A stretch of DNA of 63,528 nt, filler included, from Octopus bimaculoides (lineage: Eukaryota), in NCBI RefSeq assembly GCF_001194135.2. It is 7 parts of 7 records of this genome, joined end to end, with 100 filler letters (N's around TTAATTAATTAA, not from the genome) between each part and the next. Parts side by side here need not be neighbours in the genome. Positions count along the whole stretch, not along the records: positions 49,313 to 53,383 come from NC_068987.1; positions 53,484 to 57,076 come from NW_026344554.1; positions 57,177 to 58,214 come from NC_068981.1; positions 58,315 to 62,336 come from NC_068990.1; positions 62,437 to 63,528 come from NC_069002.1; 2 more parts are not named here. One strand, 5' to 3'. This document shows, piece by piece, positions 51,930 through 63,528 of this stretch (position 1 is its first letter; every line of letters begins with the position of its first letter). A model generated the notes under the pieces. That model was given only the letters and a program-made list of their open reading frames with translations, was not told the origin of the DNA and made no database searches. Both the position numbers and the translations under genes were made by a program.

Positions 51930-52700
51930 CCTCTCTTGGGGGTTTGTAATTTTTCAAAGCTGCATGGTAAACTCACTAGTGCTAGTGGTATGAAAAAGCA
52001 CCTGAGCCATGCTGTAAAGTGGTTGGCATTAGGGAAAGTATCTGGCCGTAGAAACCATGCCAATGTAGACAGTGGAGTTGTTGGTCTCATTAGATCCTGT
52101 GAAGCTGTTCAATCCATGCCAGTATTGAACATAGACATTTCAGTGAGGATGAGAAGTGATCTGTTTTTGTACTGTAAGTTTATTCTCTGACTTTTGAAAA
52201 ATACAAAAGCCTGTCCATTTATCAAACTGTATGTTTCTAAATGAAAAACTACTGCAGACATAATGAACTTTCGTGTTAGAGTCTGGGAGATATCAAGAGA
52301 ATTTGAATTGATCAGGCAGGAAATTACATTTCCAAATAGACATGGTGCTTCAAATCTACAATATTTTATAGGTCAGCTAATTTATTGGCATTGTAGGTGC
52401 AACTGTGATTGTTTAGTTAAGAAGATTGCTCCCCATTCATATGGTGTCAAGACAAGAGTGTGTACATTCTTATCTTGATATCATAGAGTGTAAGTAAGCA
52501 TCAACATCATACAAGCAATGTTTTTCATTTTTAGTGTTCTGTGATAATAGGGAAATACTACCTTGGGGAAATATTACTTTGTGTAGAAACAAGTGAGGGT
52601 TGTTGACAGAAAGGGATTCTAGTTATGGAAAATGTGCCTCAACAAACTTCATCTGACCCATGCAAGCATGGACAAGTAGACACTAAACAGTGATGAGAAT
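51930..52700 (+). mobile_element. Two diverged repeats with RTE-type 3' tails
   Basis: ggcattagggaaagtatctggccgtagaaacc (about 52025) and ggttgttgacagaaagggattctagttatggaaa (about 52600) resemble the ggcatcaggaagggcatccagccgta motif. Confidence 0.5.
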
Positions 52701-53169
52701 TTGCAGTTTTTAGACCATCCAGGCTTTCACCATCACAAATCACACTCTTCATTGATGATTTTTTTTTTATGCAAATAATATCAACAAATAGTTTCATCTC
52801 ATTTTGTCATTTTGACTGATATTTTGTGTGATTGTGTGTCTGTAACTGTGTATTTAAATCACTGCCATGGTTTCATATCCCTAAATATTTCTCCACATTC
52901 CTCACATGACCAATGCTCTTATTCCACAAGTCATTTACTGTTGGTTGTGCTGATGTAGTGTTTGTAAAGAAACACTGTTCACAAAATCTGCAAGAACCCA
53001 CCCTGCATCCTGAATCAGTATTATTCACCTCAAGAATTTGTAAGCAGCAAACATAAGAATTGTTAAAGGCAAATGAAAGAATTGTTAGCAGCAAACTGAT
53101 AAGTTGTGTTTTCAATTTTATATTTTTATTAATCATTCAATTTATTTTCTTGCTTCCCACTAAATTATA

Positions 53170-53383
53170 ATGAGCAAAGCAAACACAAAGTTGTACCAGC
53201 AAAAATTCCGAAAGGAATGGCTTAAGATGCCAGCATTTACTAAGTGGTTGTGTGAAGTACCTAGTGACCAATCTAAAGCACATTATAGATATTGTAGATG
53301 TAATATGTTGGCAAAATATTCTCTTTTAGTAAGCCACTGTGAAGCAAAGAAACATAAGGCATCAACTCCACAGCAAATGATTC
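53170..53383 (+). mobile_element. hAT-type transposase N-terminal zinc finger fragment, cut by a gap
   Basis: YQQKFRKEWL...FTKWL...KAHYRYCRC...LVSHCEAKKH fits the TTF/BED-like finger of hAT transposases, with the first Cys lost. Confidence 0.65.
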
Positions 53384-54825
53384 NNNNNNNNNNNNNNNNN
53401 NNNNNNNNNNNNNNNNNNNNNNNNNNNTTAATTAATTAANNNNNNNNNNNNNNNNNNNNNNNNNNNNNNNNNNNNNNNNNNNNATATATATATACGTTCA
53501 TATATCTGTGTGTGTGTAACTCTTTCTATCATTTTCTGAAGGAGTTGCAGGGGTGTCATCGAGATATACAACGTGTGATAGGCTTGTAAACCTGATACAC
53601 CCCATCTCTCTTCACAACTTCCTCATACAGTCTTTAAGAATCAAATTTTACTAACCATCCTTGAAGTTTATATATTCTTATAAGCATAATATGTTTTAAG
53701 CAATTGAAGTAGGAGTTGTATCACCGTAATCGTCACAGTTATTGCTCGCACTTGTGCTATCTCTGTGCAGTTTGGAGATCGGAAGGCGGGCGCTTTCAGG
53801 AAATACCAAGAAAAATGTAAACGAAGCAAGTTAGTGTCTTTCTGTGTGGTTCTGGATGTAGAGCGCCGTACAAACGCCCAACCAATGGTTATAAGCATTT
53901 GATAGTCATCAATCCACAGCTACAGGGACATACTCACACAGGAACATATACAGACGCTCGTGCAACACACAAATACGTGTAAAGATACTGAAGTATACAC
54001 ACGCACACACACACATACACACACACATACATACATATGATTAAAAAATCCAAATTTACTCAACCACGCATTCTTACATCGAAACATATCGGCAACGTAC
54101 ACGTACAAGCGCGCGCGCACACACACACACACACCAGCAAACCAACACGCTCGAATATGATCCTTCTTCTCTCATACAAAACACACGCATTATTCATATA
54201 CTCATGCATTAAACACATGCAGATATACACCCACCGCAAACACACAATGTACGTGCATATATATACGCTCTCTCTACCACACATACATATAAAAGCACAA
54301 ACGCACACAAATATATGTATGCAAGCACATTTTCACATACATAATGTTAAGCACACACACATTTACCAACATTATACACTCACATACTCTCTCTCTCACA
54401 CACTTTCTCTCTCTTTCTCACACACACACACATTCACGCAGATACATTCACAGACACACAAGCACAAGCATATATAAATCGCTTCACATATTCATTCATA
54501 TACACACAAAGACAAACACATATATTGTTCCACACACACACACACATGTACACTCGTATACCACAAGTACATACACACTCTCACAAACACATACACACAC
54601 ACTTACACAAACTCATTAATGCTATTTACATAAACACATTGGTGATGTTTGCGTATACAGTTATATATTTTATTTTATTTTGTTTATTTGTATATTTATC
54701 TGTTTGTGCCTGTGCGTACGACGCTCACGTGTGTGCGTGCGTTGGTGTGTGAGTGTGTCCTTTCTAAACCACTACTCAGTAATATATCGTACACTCCAAG
54801 TGTCTTGTCAGAGATACTTTTGTAG

Positions 54826-54947
54826 ACCGAAGCATTTATAAGGGCTTGAAGAATAGTACAAGCGATTTCACGATGAACTTCAAGAGATTGAAACTATCCT
54901 TTGACCGTTTGTCAGAACAGCGCCGTCTGCACAGAAAAAAAAAGTAA
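54826..54947 (+). CDS. Weak candidate terminal exon, phase-compatible with BLOC1S2 (D-RSIYKGLKNSTSDFTMNFKRLKLSFDRLSEQRRLHRKKK*)
   Basis: Acceptor ttttgtag; only the phase-1 frame is open, to TAA. Similarity to the expected EAK(Y/F)K.LEKR ending is poor. Confidence 0.2.
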
Positions 54948-55333
54948 ATAAATAAATGAAAATGCAAAAGAAAAGATAACAAGAAGATGAATCTGGATAC
55001 GTAAAGAGGCAAGCAGATAGAAACGTAGATAGAAAAACATAGATAAATATAATTACATACTAAGGGATAATGAGAACAAAAATGAGAGAGAGAAAGGGAG
55101 ACACACGAAAAAAAAAAAATTAAGAGAAAGTCAAGAATCTTTAACATTATCTCCCTTTATTTCTTTATTCTTTCATAATCTCTTTGCTTACAGAGAATCA
55201 ATGCAACTCCTCCCGCTTCAATTCTACTTTTCCGCCGCCATTTCAATACTAGATTGTTAATACATATTTCGTTTTGTCTTTGTCTTTTTTTATTATTATT
55301 TTCCTCTTGGTGTTCTTTAACGTGGGAGTGCTC

Positions 55334-55460
<127 letters not shown>

Positions 55461-56182
55461 NNNNNNNNNNNNNNNNNNNNNNNNNNNNNNNNNNNNNNNN
55501 NNNNNNNNNNNNNNNNNNNNNNNNNNNNNNNNNNNNNNNNNNNNNNNNNNNNNNNNNNNNNNNNNNNNNNNNNNNNNNNNNNNNNNNNNNNNNNNNNNNN
55601 NNNNNNNNNNNNNNNNNNNNNNNNNNNNNNNNNNNNNNNNNNNNNNNNNNNNNNNNNNNNNNNNNNNNNNNNNNNNNNNNNNNNNNNNNNNNNNNNNNNN
55701 NNNNNNNNNNNNNNNNNNNNNNNNNNNNNNNNNNNNNNNNNNNNNNNNNNNNNNNNNNNNNNNNNNNNNNNNNNNNNNNNNNNNNNNNNNNNNNNNNNNN
55801 NNNNNNNNNNNNNNNNNNNNNNNNNNNNNNNNNNNNTATATATATATATATATACATATAAATATATATTCTTCTTTTGCCCTAGTATTTTTCACTCAAA
55901 CCCTTTTAACTTTCTTTCTCTTGGTTGCTAGATTTCTGTTTCTCCATCGCCCCGGTGTCATTATTCTTTCATCTTACATATTCACTGTCTCTTCTCTTCT
56001 AATTTTTTTTGGGACTTTTAGTTTATTTTTTTTTCTCTTCTGTCTTATTTTTTGTCTTTTCTGTGGTTTACTTTGCTTCCAATGTTTTCATTTCATAAGT
56101 CGGTTTTTCTCCTTCTTCATTTTGTTTTTCCTATTATTTTGTTTTGACTTTTGTTTGTCGCTTACCATGTTTCTCATATTCA

Positions 56183-56253
<71 letters not shown>

Positions 56254-56478
56254 GTCTGTCTATCTATCTATCCATCTATCTACTAATCAATCTATCGGTT
56301 TATTTGTCTGTCTCGCAGTCAACTTGTTCGTCCATCCAACTGACCCTTTATCAGTCTAATTGCTTATCCATCCAGCTATCACTATCTGTATCGTTCTATC
56401 CTTGTAGCCATCCATCTACTCATTCATATGTTCATTCGTTAGTCTGTCCTTGTGCCGTGCTGACTGTCTACTTGCCTG

Positions 56479-56558
<80 letters not shown>

Positions 56559-56589
56559 TGTGCTCTTAAAAATGTGCTCTTAAAAAATT

Positions 56590-56830
56590 CACTGGCAAAA
56601 CCAGCGTAACGCAGTGTGTTAACTGCTGGGATCGTTGAATTACATGCAAACTCAATTCGAAGGCTTCCACACAGTGTTCATCAAACTACTTCCAATGTCA
56701 TGGCTTGAGTTGACCTGAGGTTACGGATACGGCCACTGCTCCGAATAGCACAGAGTGTGATTGAAATGGGGATCATATGAATGCGGAGTAAAGTGTTTAA
56801 CCATTGACCAGCAAGGCGCATATCTTTCTG
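56590..56830 (-). mobile_element. Highly diverged SINE
   Basis: Remnant head atgcgccttgctggtcaatggttaaacac... and body alignable to family A. Confidence 0.5.
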
Positions 56831-57176
56831 CACACACACACACACACACACATACACACACACACATGCACACACACACACACACACACACACATTCACA
56901 CATATGCACACATACATATGCTTCCATATGTTGATAAACACAAACGCACACGCACGTATATATATTTATATCTATATCTATATATGTATATACAATTATA
57001 ATTATAATATGCATATATACGTACAAGTATGTGCATACCTACATCTACCTCTATATATAGGTGCATATCTGGGTACNNNNNNNNNNNNNNNNNNNNNNNN
57101 NNNNNNNNNNNNNNNNNNNNTTAATTAATTAANNNNNNNNNNNNNNNNNNNNNNNNNNNNNNNNNNNNNNNNNNNN

Positions 57177-58214
57177 AACTAAACCTAAACCTAACCCCAA
57201 CCCTAAAACTAAACCTAACCCTAACCCTAAAGCTAACCCTAACCCTAATCCTAATCCTAACCCTAACCCTATCCATAACACTAACCCTAACCCTTAACCT
57301 TAACCCTAAGCCTAACCCTATCCCTAACCCTAACCCTAAAACTAACCCTAACCCTAACCCTAACCCTTAACCTTAACCCTAAGCCTAACCCTAACCCTAA
57401 TACAAATTTTGAAAATTTTTGATGAAATTTTGATGAATGTTTTTATCAAAAATTTCAATAAAAATAACGGAAACTAACGGAGCCTAACGGAAAGTCTAAC
57501 GGAATCCAACGGAAAGTAACGAAAACTAACGGAAACCAACGGAAAGTAACGGAAACTAACGGAAAGTAAGTGTGCCATAGGACTCCCGAAATGTGCCACC
57601 CTCCGATGTTCTCCCCTCTAACTGTGCGATAGGTCTCCCCAGGTGTGCCACCCTCGAATGTGTGCCATAGAGCTCCGCAGATGTGCCACCCATGACGTTC
57701 CACCTTCGTAAGTGAGCCATAGGGCTCCCAAGATGTGCCACACTCGTAAGTGTGCNNNNNNNNNNCCTTCGTAAGTGTGCCATAGGGCTCCCAAGATGTG
57801 CCACACTCGTAAGCGTGCCATAGGGCTCCCCATATGTGCCGCCAAGGATGTGCCACCCTCGTAGGTGTACCATACCTCTCCCCATATGTACCACACTCGT
57901 AAGTACCCTAACCCTAACCGTTACCCTAACCCTAACCCTAAAACTAAACCTAAACCTAATCCTAATCTTAACCCTAACCTATCCATAACCCTAACCCTAA
58001 CCCTAGCCCTCTACCCTAACCCTACCCTAACCCTATCCCTAACCCTAATCCTAAAACTAACCCTAACCCTAATAAAAACTTTGAAAATTTTTGATGAAAT
58101 TTTGATGAATGTTTTCATCAAAAATTTCAAAACTAACGGAAACCAACGGAAACCAACGGAAACTAACGGAAACCAACGGAAACCAACGGAAACTAACGGA
58201 ATCCAACGGAAAGT
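57177..58214. repeat. Composite satellite: degenerate (TAACCC)n, AT-rich hairpin, 10-bp (AAACYAACGG)n and about 38-bp GC-rich units, module repeated
   Basis: TAACCC arrays at 57177-57400 and 57905-58072; hairpin at about 57405-57460 and 58080-58130; 10-mers at 57465-57570 and 58130-58214; 38-mers at 57570-57905. Confidence 0.92.
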
Positions 58215-58319
58215 NNNNNNNNNNNNNNNNNNNNNNNNNNNNNNNNNNNNNNNNNNNNTTAATTAATTAANNNNNNNNNNNNNNNNNNNNNNNNNNNNNN
58301 NNNNNNNNNNNNNNCATAC

Positions 58320-58359
<40 letters not shown>

Positions 58360-59136
58360 GGAGAGAGAGAGAGAGAGAGAGAGAAATGCGGATATTTCGT
58401 GATAAAAATAATTGCTCTTCTAATTTAGAAATTAATCATAAATTTCATGGAATTTGACAGTCGAGGTTTGGGGATTCTTCTGTTTCAACATTTTTTTTTT
58501 TTTTTTTTAGTTTATAATGAACAGAATACTTCGAAACTTCTCGTTTCTCTCTAGTTTCTCTGACGGCAGAAAACTATAGAAACTAACTATATTTCAAATT
58601 AATTGCTTCTTGGTCATCGCTAGTGCTAATTATACGATGAAATTATGAAGTCATTAAAACTAGGTCATTGAAATTATCCAACTTACGCTGAAACAATTTG
58701 CCGATATAAATACGTCACTGTACTATAGTGTGTTAATATGAGTCTGCACATATTTGGTTGTATACGAGTTTAATTATCCTGTTAAGCAGTTACGTGTTGA
58801 ACTATTTCATGTATTCTAACACCTACTTGGGTAATAGTTGCGTGGCGAAATTAATATATTGGTTAATAGAGTCACAAGTGTAATTAAATATATATGTGAA
58901 TAAATGAAGATTTGGTGATCCAATTACTCCAATGTGTGTCTGTGTATGTGTGTGTGTGTGTCTCTGTGTCTGTGTATCAGTGCGCGCGCGCGTGTGTTAA
59001 TGTGTGTGTGTGTGCGTGCGCGTGCGTGTGTACGTTTGTGTTTGTGCATGGAAGTATGTTTCTATGTTGCTCACAAAAACGCAAGCTCAGACATAGAAAC
59101 GTATATGGTGATATGACTATACTATCATATACATAC

Positions 59137-59175
<39 letters not shown>

Positions 59176-59531
59176 TACATATATATACACACATACATAA
59201 ATAGACATATATATGTATATGTATATATATATACATACACACACATGCATATATAAAACATACACACATAGATACATATAGACAGACAGACTGGTAGACA
59301 TACGCGTATATATACTTTGTGTACAGCCACCCACACACAAACACACAGAGTTTCAGTGACTGTCAATTATCCATGAAACTAGCGTGAAGCCATAGTTTCA
59401 TGCTAGTTTCCATGAATTTCGAAACAAAGCGATCTCCAGCGAGTCCTGTCAAAGTAACTGTAGCAAAAAGAAAACAGGCTGCTTGGCATTGGTATGTGGG
59501 ATCAACAGTTCCACAAGAAGCAATAAAAAAG

Positions 59532-59595
59532 ACTATTGTTTTAAACTGCCTACGTTTCCAACCGCAGCTAAGCGTAGGCAGTTTAAAACAATAGT
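59532..59595. repeat. Perfect 23-bp inverted repeat with an 18-nt loop
   Basis: actattgttttaaactgcctacg (59532-59554) and cgtaggcagtttaaaacaatagt (59573-59595). Confidence 0.95.
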
Positions 59596-60261
59596 TGCCC
59601 AGTTGGAAGGAGGGAAGTTAACGGTAGTAATTAACCCTCCCCCATTGGCAGCAGAATGGTAGAGCCGTTGGAAGAAGCAACAGGATATCCTACACCGCTA
59701 AGTTTGAAATGAACTTGTATAAAAGGAACTTCTACATAGAACCTTCCAATATATATAGAAATGACACACACACTCAACAAAACTTCCTTTCTAAAAAACA
59801 CTTACAGCTTTCTAGATACGGCTAATAGCGCGGATGCCACAAACAACGTATGTGGTGGAATGTTCGCTTATAAAAACTTGTATATGCACATATGGGAGTA
59901 AGGGGACATCCGAGTAAGATTGTGCACACGAACCCACATATATATATATGCATTGGAGTGTCTATAGCTACCTATTTATAATGTTTGTAGGCTCTTTGTG
60001 TGCCTTGTATTTTTAAGGGTTTTTTGACATATATCTTTTTTATATTTTTGCATGTCCCACATGCTATACCTTCATTTTTCATTTATGTATTCTTTATTAT
60101 TATTTTTTTTTTCCTGCTGTACCCTTATTTTTATTTTGATTTTGATTTTAATTCTATTTTTCATTTTTATTTCTATCTTATTTTTGCTGTTGTTTTTCTT
60201 CTGGTCTCTACTACACCTCTGTTTTTACCTCTTGCTCTACATTTGTATGAAACCCTTTGTG

Positions 60262-60390
60262 AATCTCTGAAGAGGCCTAGCGGTTCGGGCATGTAACCCC
60301 ATTTCAAAATGTCATCCGATAATCACTCCGGCAAGGAATATTCTGATAGAATGGGGCTTGCTAAAACTAGGCCGAAACAGCTGTAAGATT
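60262..60390 (+). ncRNA. Type I hammerhead ribozyme motif with an extended, branched helix II
   Basis: AATCT-CTGAAGA-GGCCTAG-[86 nt]-CTAGGCC-GAAA-CAGCTGT-A-AGATT: helix I AATCT/AGATT, intact core, 7-bp helix II, palindromic helix III ACAGCTGT and a GTA cleavage triplet. Confidence 0.78.
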
Positions 60391-60611
60391 AAACTTCTAT
60401 TCATCCTCTAATTCCTTATGTACTTTGTACTTCTATATGTAAACCAGGTTGGCAAAATAACATAGTCTGCCATAGACACCTGTGCTTTGGCTCTTTCTTT
60501 CTTTTTCTTTCTTTTTTGTCACTTCTGTTATGAATTAAATTAATGAATTCAACGGGATACATCGTCTGCAAGTAGTTGGGTTCAGCATATTATCCTCCAT
60601 TTTCTAATTGT

Positions 60612-60666
<55 letters not shown>

Positions 60667-61997
60667 CCCACCTGGGCCTGGCATTGTCATGCCAAGGGAG
60701 CTTGCATGTTCTGTAAATCTGAGAGGGTTTTACTCTTGGCAGGTTTGCTCATGATAGGGCCGCTCTAAGCTATCTGGTCTCCCGGAAAGGTTCCAGACTA
60801 ACAATGACCTGCAGTGTGTCGGCCCACAGCCTAAATGGTAGCCCCATCATCCGACAATTCTGCGGTGGACCAACAGCCCTCAACTTGTTACGACACCGAC
60901 CAGAAGAAACTGAACTGTTCAACATTGAAACAGACCCCTGCATGCCTCCCACTAACAAAAATGCATAGGAGCTGGCACAGACAGCTAACGATGGGGGCGC
61001 ACTGGTGGACCTGGTCGGCTCTCCGCACGATAGCGCTTCTAGGAAGAACAGAAACGGGGTTTAAAATTTACTTCAGCTACTTCGGTAGAATTTTATTGAT
61101 GTATTCATAGATTACATCATACTATAAATCTACCATTCTTAGGTTAAATTTTAAACAGGTATAAACACACAAGGTAAAAACCTTGATCTCTCTATTCTCT
61201 TCGTCCCTCTCTCTCTCTCTCTCCTTATCTTAGCAGCCCTCCTCCCATTCCCTACTTCATTCATTCTCTTCCTCTACTCTTCTATAATCTCAACCATCCC
61301 TTATTGATTAAAGACGCGCTTAACGACATGCCCCATCAACGGTACCTTCTTTCACAATACTGACCTATCTCACCCCTCACCTCCTCCCTCCGGCTCATCA
61401 CTTCTACTTCTTTTCAATTCCCTCAATTACTCACCTCCCCCTCCTTTCCCCACTTTGTATTTTTTATCCCTTCTTGTTCCTCCTCTACCTCTCTACTCTC
61501 CCTCCCTAAGCTGCCTGCATCCTCCCTCTCCCTATCTTTTACTCCTCTCTTCCTCTTTATGCAACTTTTAAATCTCTCGCAACACGATATGAACTGCTAT
61601 CCGCTAATTTCCCCTCCTGACGAAGGAAGCCAGTACTGCACTAATGTCTCTATGCACCAATCTACAGATTGCATAGCCAAGATATTTTGCACATTCTATC
61701 TGCTAATTATGAACATTACAATTATTTCGCAATTCTGAGCTCCCAGAAACAGCTCTCGGGTTAAAAAACTGCATTCTTTCTTTAGTTTTCTGTATTTTTT
61801 ATACAGATATATAAATATCCGTATACGTATGTATGGGTTTATCTGAATATAAATAGTCTTTGTATCAATACGATATATATCCTTCACTCCAAGTACTGTT
61901 CTCTCTTTCTTTCTTTTTTCAGCACATCACACTCACTATCACATCATACTAAAACTCTCCGCCTATGGATATAATAATCCATTCCTTTACTATTTCT

Positions 61998-62046
61998 GTC
62001 TCCGATGAAGGGAAGTACTGGAACTTCCCAGAAACAGCTGTAAGAC
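61998..62046 (+). ncRNA. Variant type I hammerhead motif (U4C, A-A at the base of helix II)
   Basis: GTCT-CCGATGA-A-GGGAAGT-actgga-ACTTCCC-A-GAAA-CAGCTGT-A-AGAC. Confidence 0.55.
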
Positions 62047-62097
62047 TCTATCCATAAAATATATTTTTCCAACCTTAACATTGCTCTCTTTATCCTT

Positions 62098-62330
62098 TAT
62101 CTATACTATATATAAAACAGAGCTGTGTGTGTAATCGCTTATCACGTGAAAACGGCTTCACTATTTACTTCCATACTTGTGATGCAGGAATAATTTGACC
62201 TCGGATAAATCTTAGGCTCTTCATTTGATTTTTTTTTATTAAGATAAATAATATTGCTTTATATTTAAGATTCACTTCTTTAAAAATGTTCCTCAATGTC
62301 AACTTCCGGTAGCCATAGTTTTTTCTTCAC
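62098..62330 (+). mobile_element. Helitron-like 5' fragment
   Basis: Begins TCTATACTATATATAAAAC, a common 5' start of non-autonomous Helitrons. Confidence 0.45.
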
Positions 62331-62549
62331 TTTAACNNNNNNNNNNNNNNNNNNNNNNNNNNNNNNNNNNNNNNNNNNNNTTAATTAATTAANNNNNNNN
62401 NNNNNNNNNNNNNNNNNNNNNNNNNNNNNNNNNNNNATATATATAATATATATATATATATATGTATGTATATATATATATATGTATATATGTATACATA
62501 TTTATATATATATATATATATTATATGTATATATGTATATATGTATATA

Positions 62550-62621
<72 letters not shown>

Positions 62622-62661
62622 TTATTTGAGAGAGCTGCCTTCATACGTTGATGTATGTATG

Positions 62662-62693
<32 letters not shown>

Positions 62694-63473
62694 TGTATGT
62701 ATGTATGTGTGTATGTATGTATGTATGTATGTATGTATGTATGTATGTGTGTGTGTATGTGACTCGGCAAATGTGTGAGGAACGACGACTTCAAGAACAA
62801 TAATAAAAACAGAAAAATGTCTAAAGGTTATTCAAAGTGAATATATTAGTTTGACGCTCGGTGTAAACTATTGGATAGAAAATTACAAGTAGAAATATGT
62901 TTTAACCATGGGTCTCTGTCGTATAGTGAGCGAAAGTCCAGAGAAGATAAGTAGGAGAACAGGACGGATAGTCAGAAGAAAAGCAAGTGGTTCAAAAAAT
63001 ATAATTCAATGCTGATATACATATGCACAAGACAATGGCCAACAGTAAATGTGTGTGCTCACAAACACACACACATATATATAGTAACAAACTATAGAAA
63101 GGAATTCCTTCAGAATGGGTGTGTAAAATATTTAATTTACTTGTACGTCAGTTGAATACCATGTAAATATGGGCATAATGCAAATTGCAAACAATAAATT
63201 AAATAGAGATACAAGTGACAATCCAATTATTTATTTATATTATAACATAATATACTATGAATATAATATAATATAGAGTTTTTATATAAGTGAATTGAAT
63301 TGTTTATATACCAGAAAAATGTATATAAGTCGAAACAATTTGTTGGCTAATTTGGTTTCTTAATTATTTTTTTTATGTTATTTTATATTATTTTCGTAGT
63401 ATATTATGTTGTATTATAATATACATAAATTATTGGTTTGTCAGTTGTATCTCTCTATTTTCTTTATTGTTTT

Positions 63474-63528
<55 letters not shown>

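Noticed and set aside
52860-53010. C2H2-like fragments on the minus strand (SCRFCEQCF, WSCEECGEIF)
   Set aside because: They are in different frames, lack the His pair and are flanked by stops; too weak to call a zinc-finger pseudogene.
57177-58214. CRISPR-like array or true telomere
   Set aside because: Units are tandem without unique spacers and there are no cas genes. The TAACCC arrays are degenerate, short and internal.

Overview
AT-rich, microsatellite-dense animal genomic DNA with many N gaps. The SINE families, repeat types and gap linkers look like a coleoid cephalopod (Octopus-like) draft assembly; this taxon call is inference. Host genes: (1) a minus-strand secreted GH18 chitinase. 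Six exons at 37649-20014 join in phase into 310 codons with a signal peptide and the variant catalytic motif FDGIEIDWEYP; I could not find its 3' exons. (2) One clear plus-strand BLOC1S2 exon at 51069-51173. There are also a few orphan exon candidates. Most other recognisable sequence is transposon debris: CR1, RTE and L1/Tx1 LINEs, Penelope-like elements (PLE), mariner and DD37D Tc1/mariner copies, a hAT fragment, Helitron-like pieces, a probable solo LTR and many tRNA-derived SINEs. The most interesting signal is a set of type I hammerhead ribozyme motifs. One lies in a 385-bp insert with a tRNA-like Pol III head and a perfect 12-bp target-site duplication (47785-48193). Two same-strand motifs share a palindromic helix III (60262-60390, 61998-62046), and two more sit head-to-head in a hairpin (36497-36627). 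Also notable: a roughly 415-bp spacerless diverged palindrome, a perfect 23-bp hairpin, a higher-order telomere-like satellite, and a SINE 3' tail shared with the CR1 LINE in the same window. All calls are by eye, without database searches.
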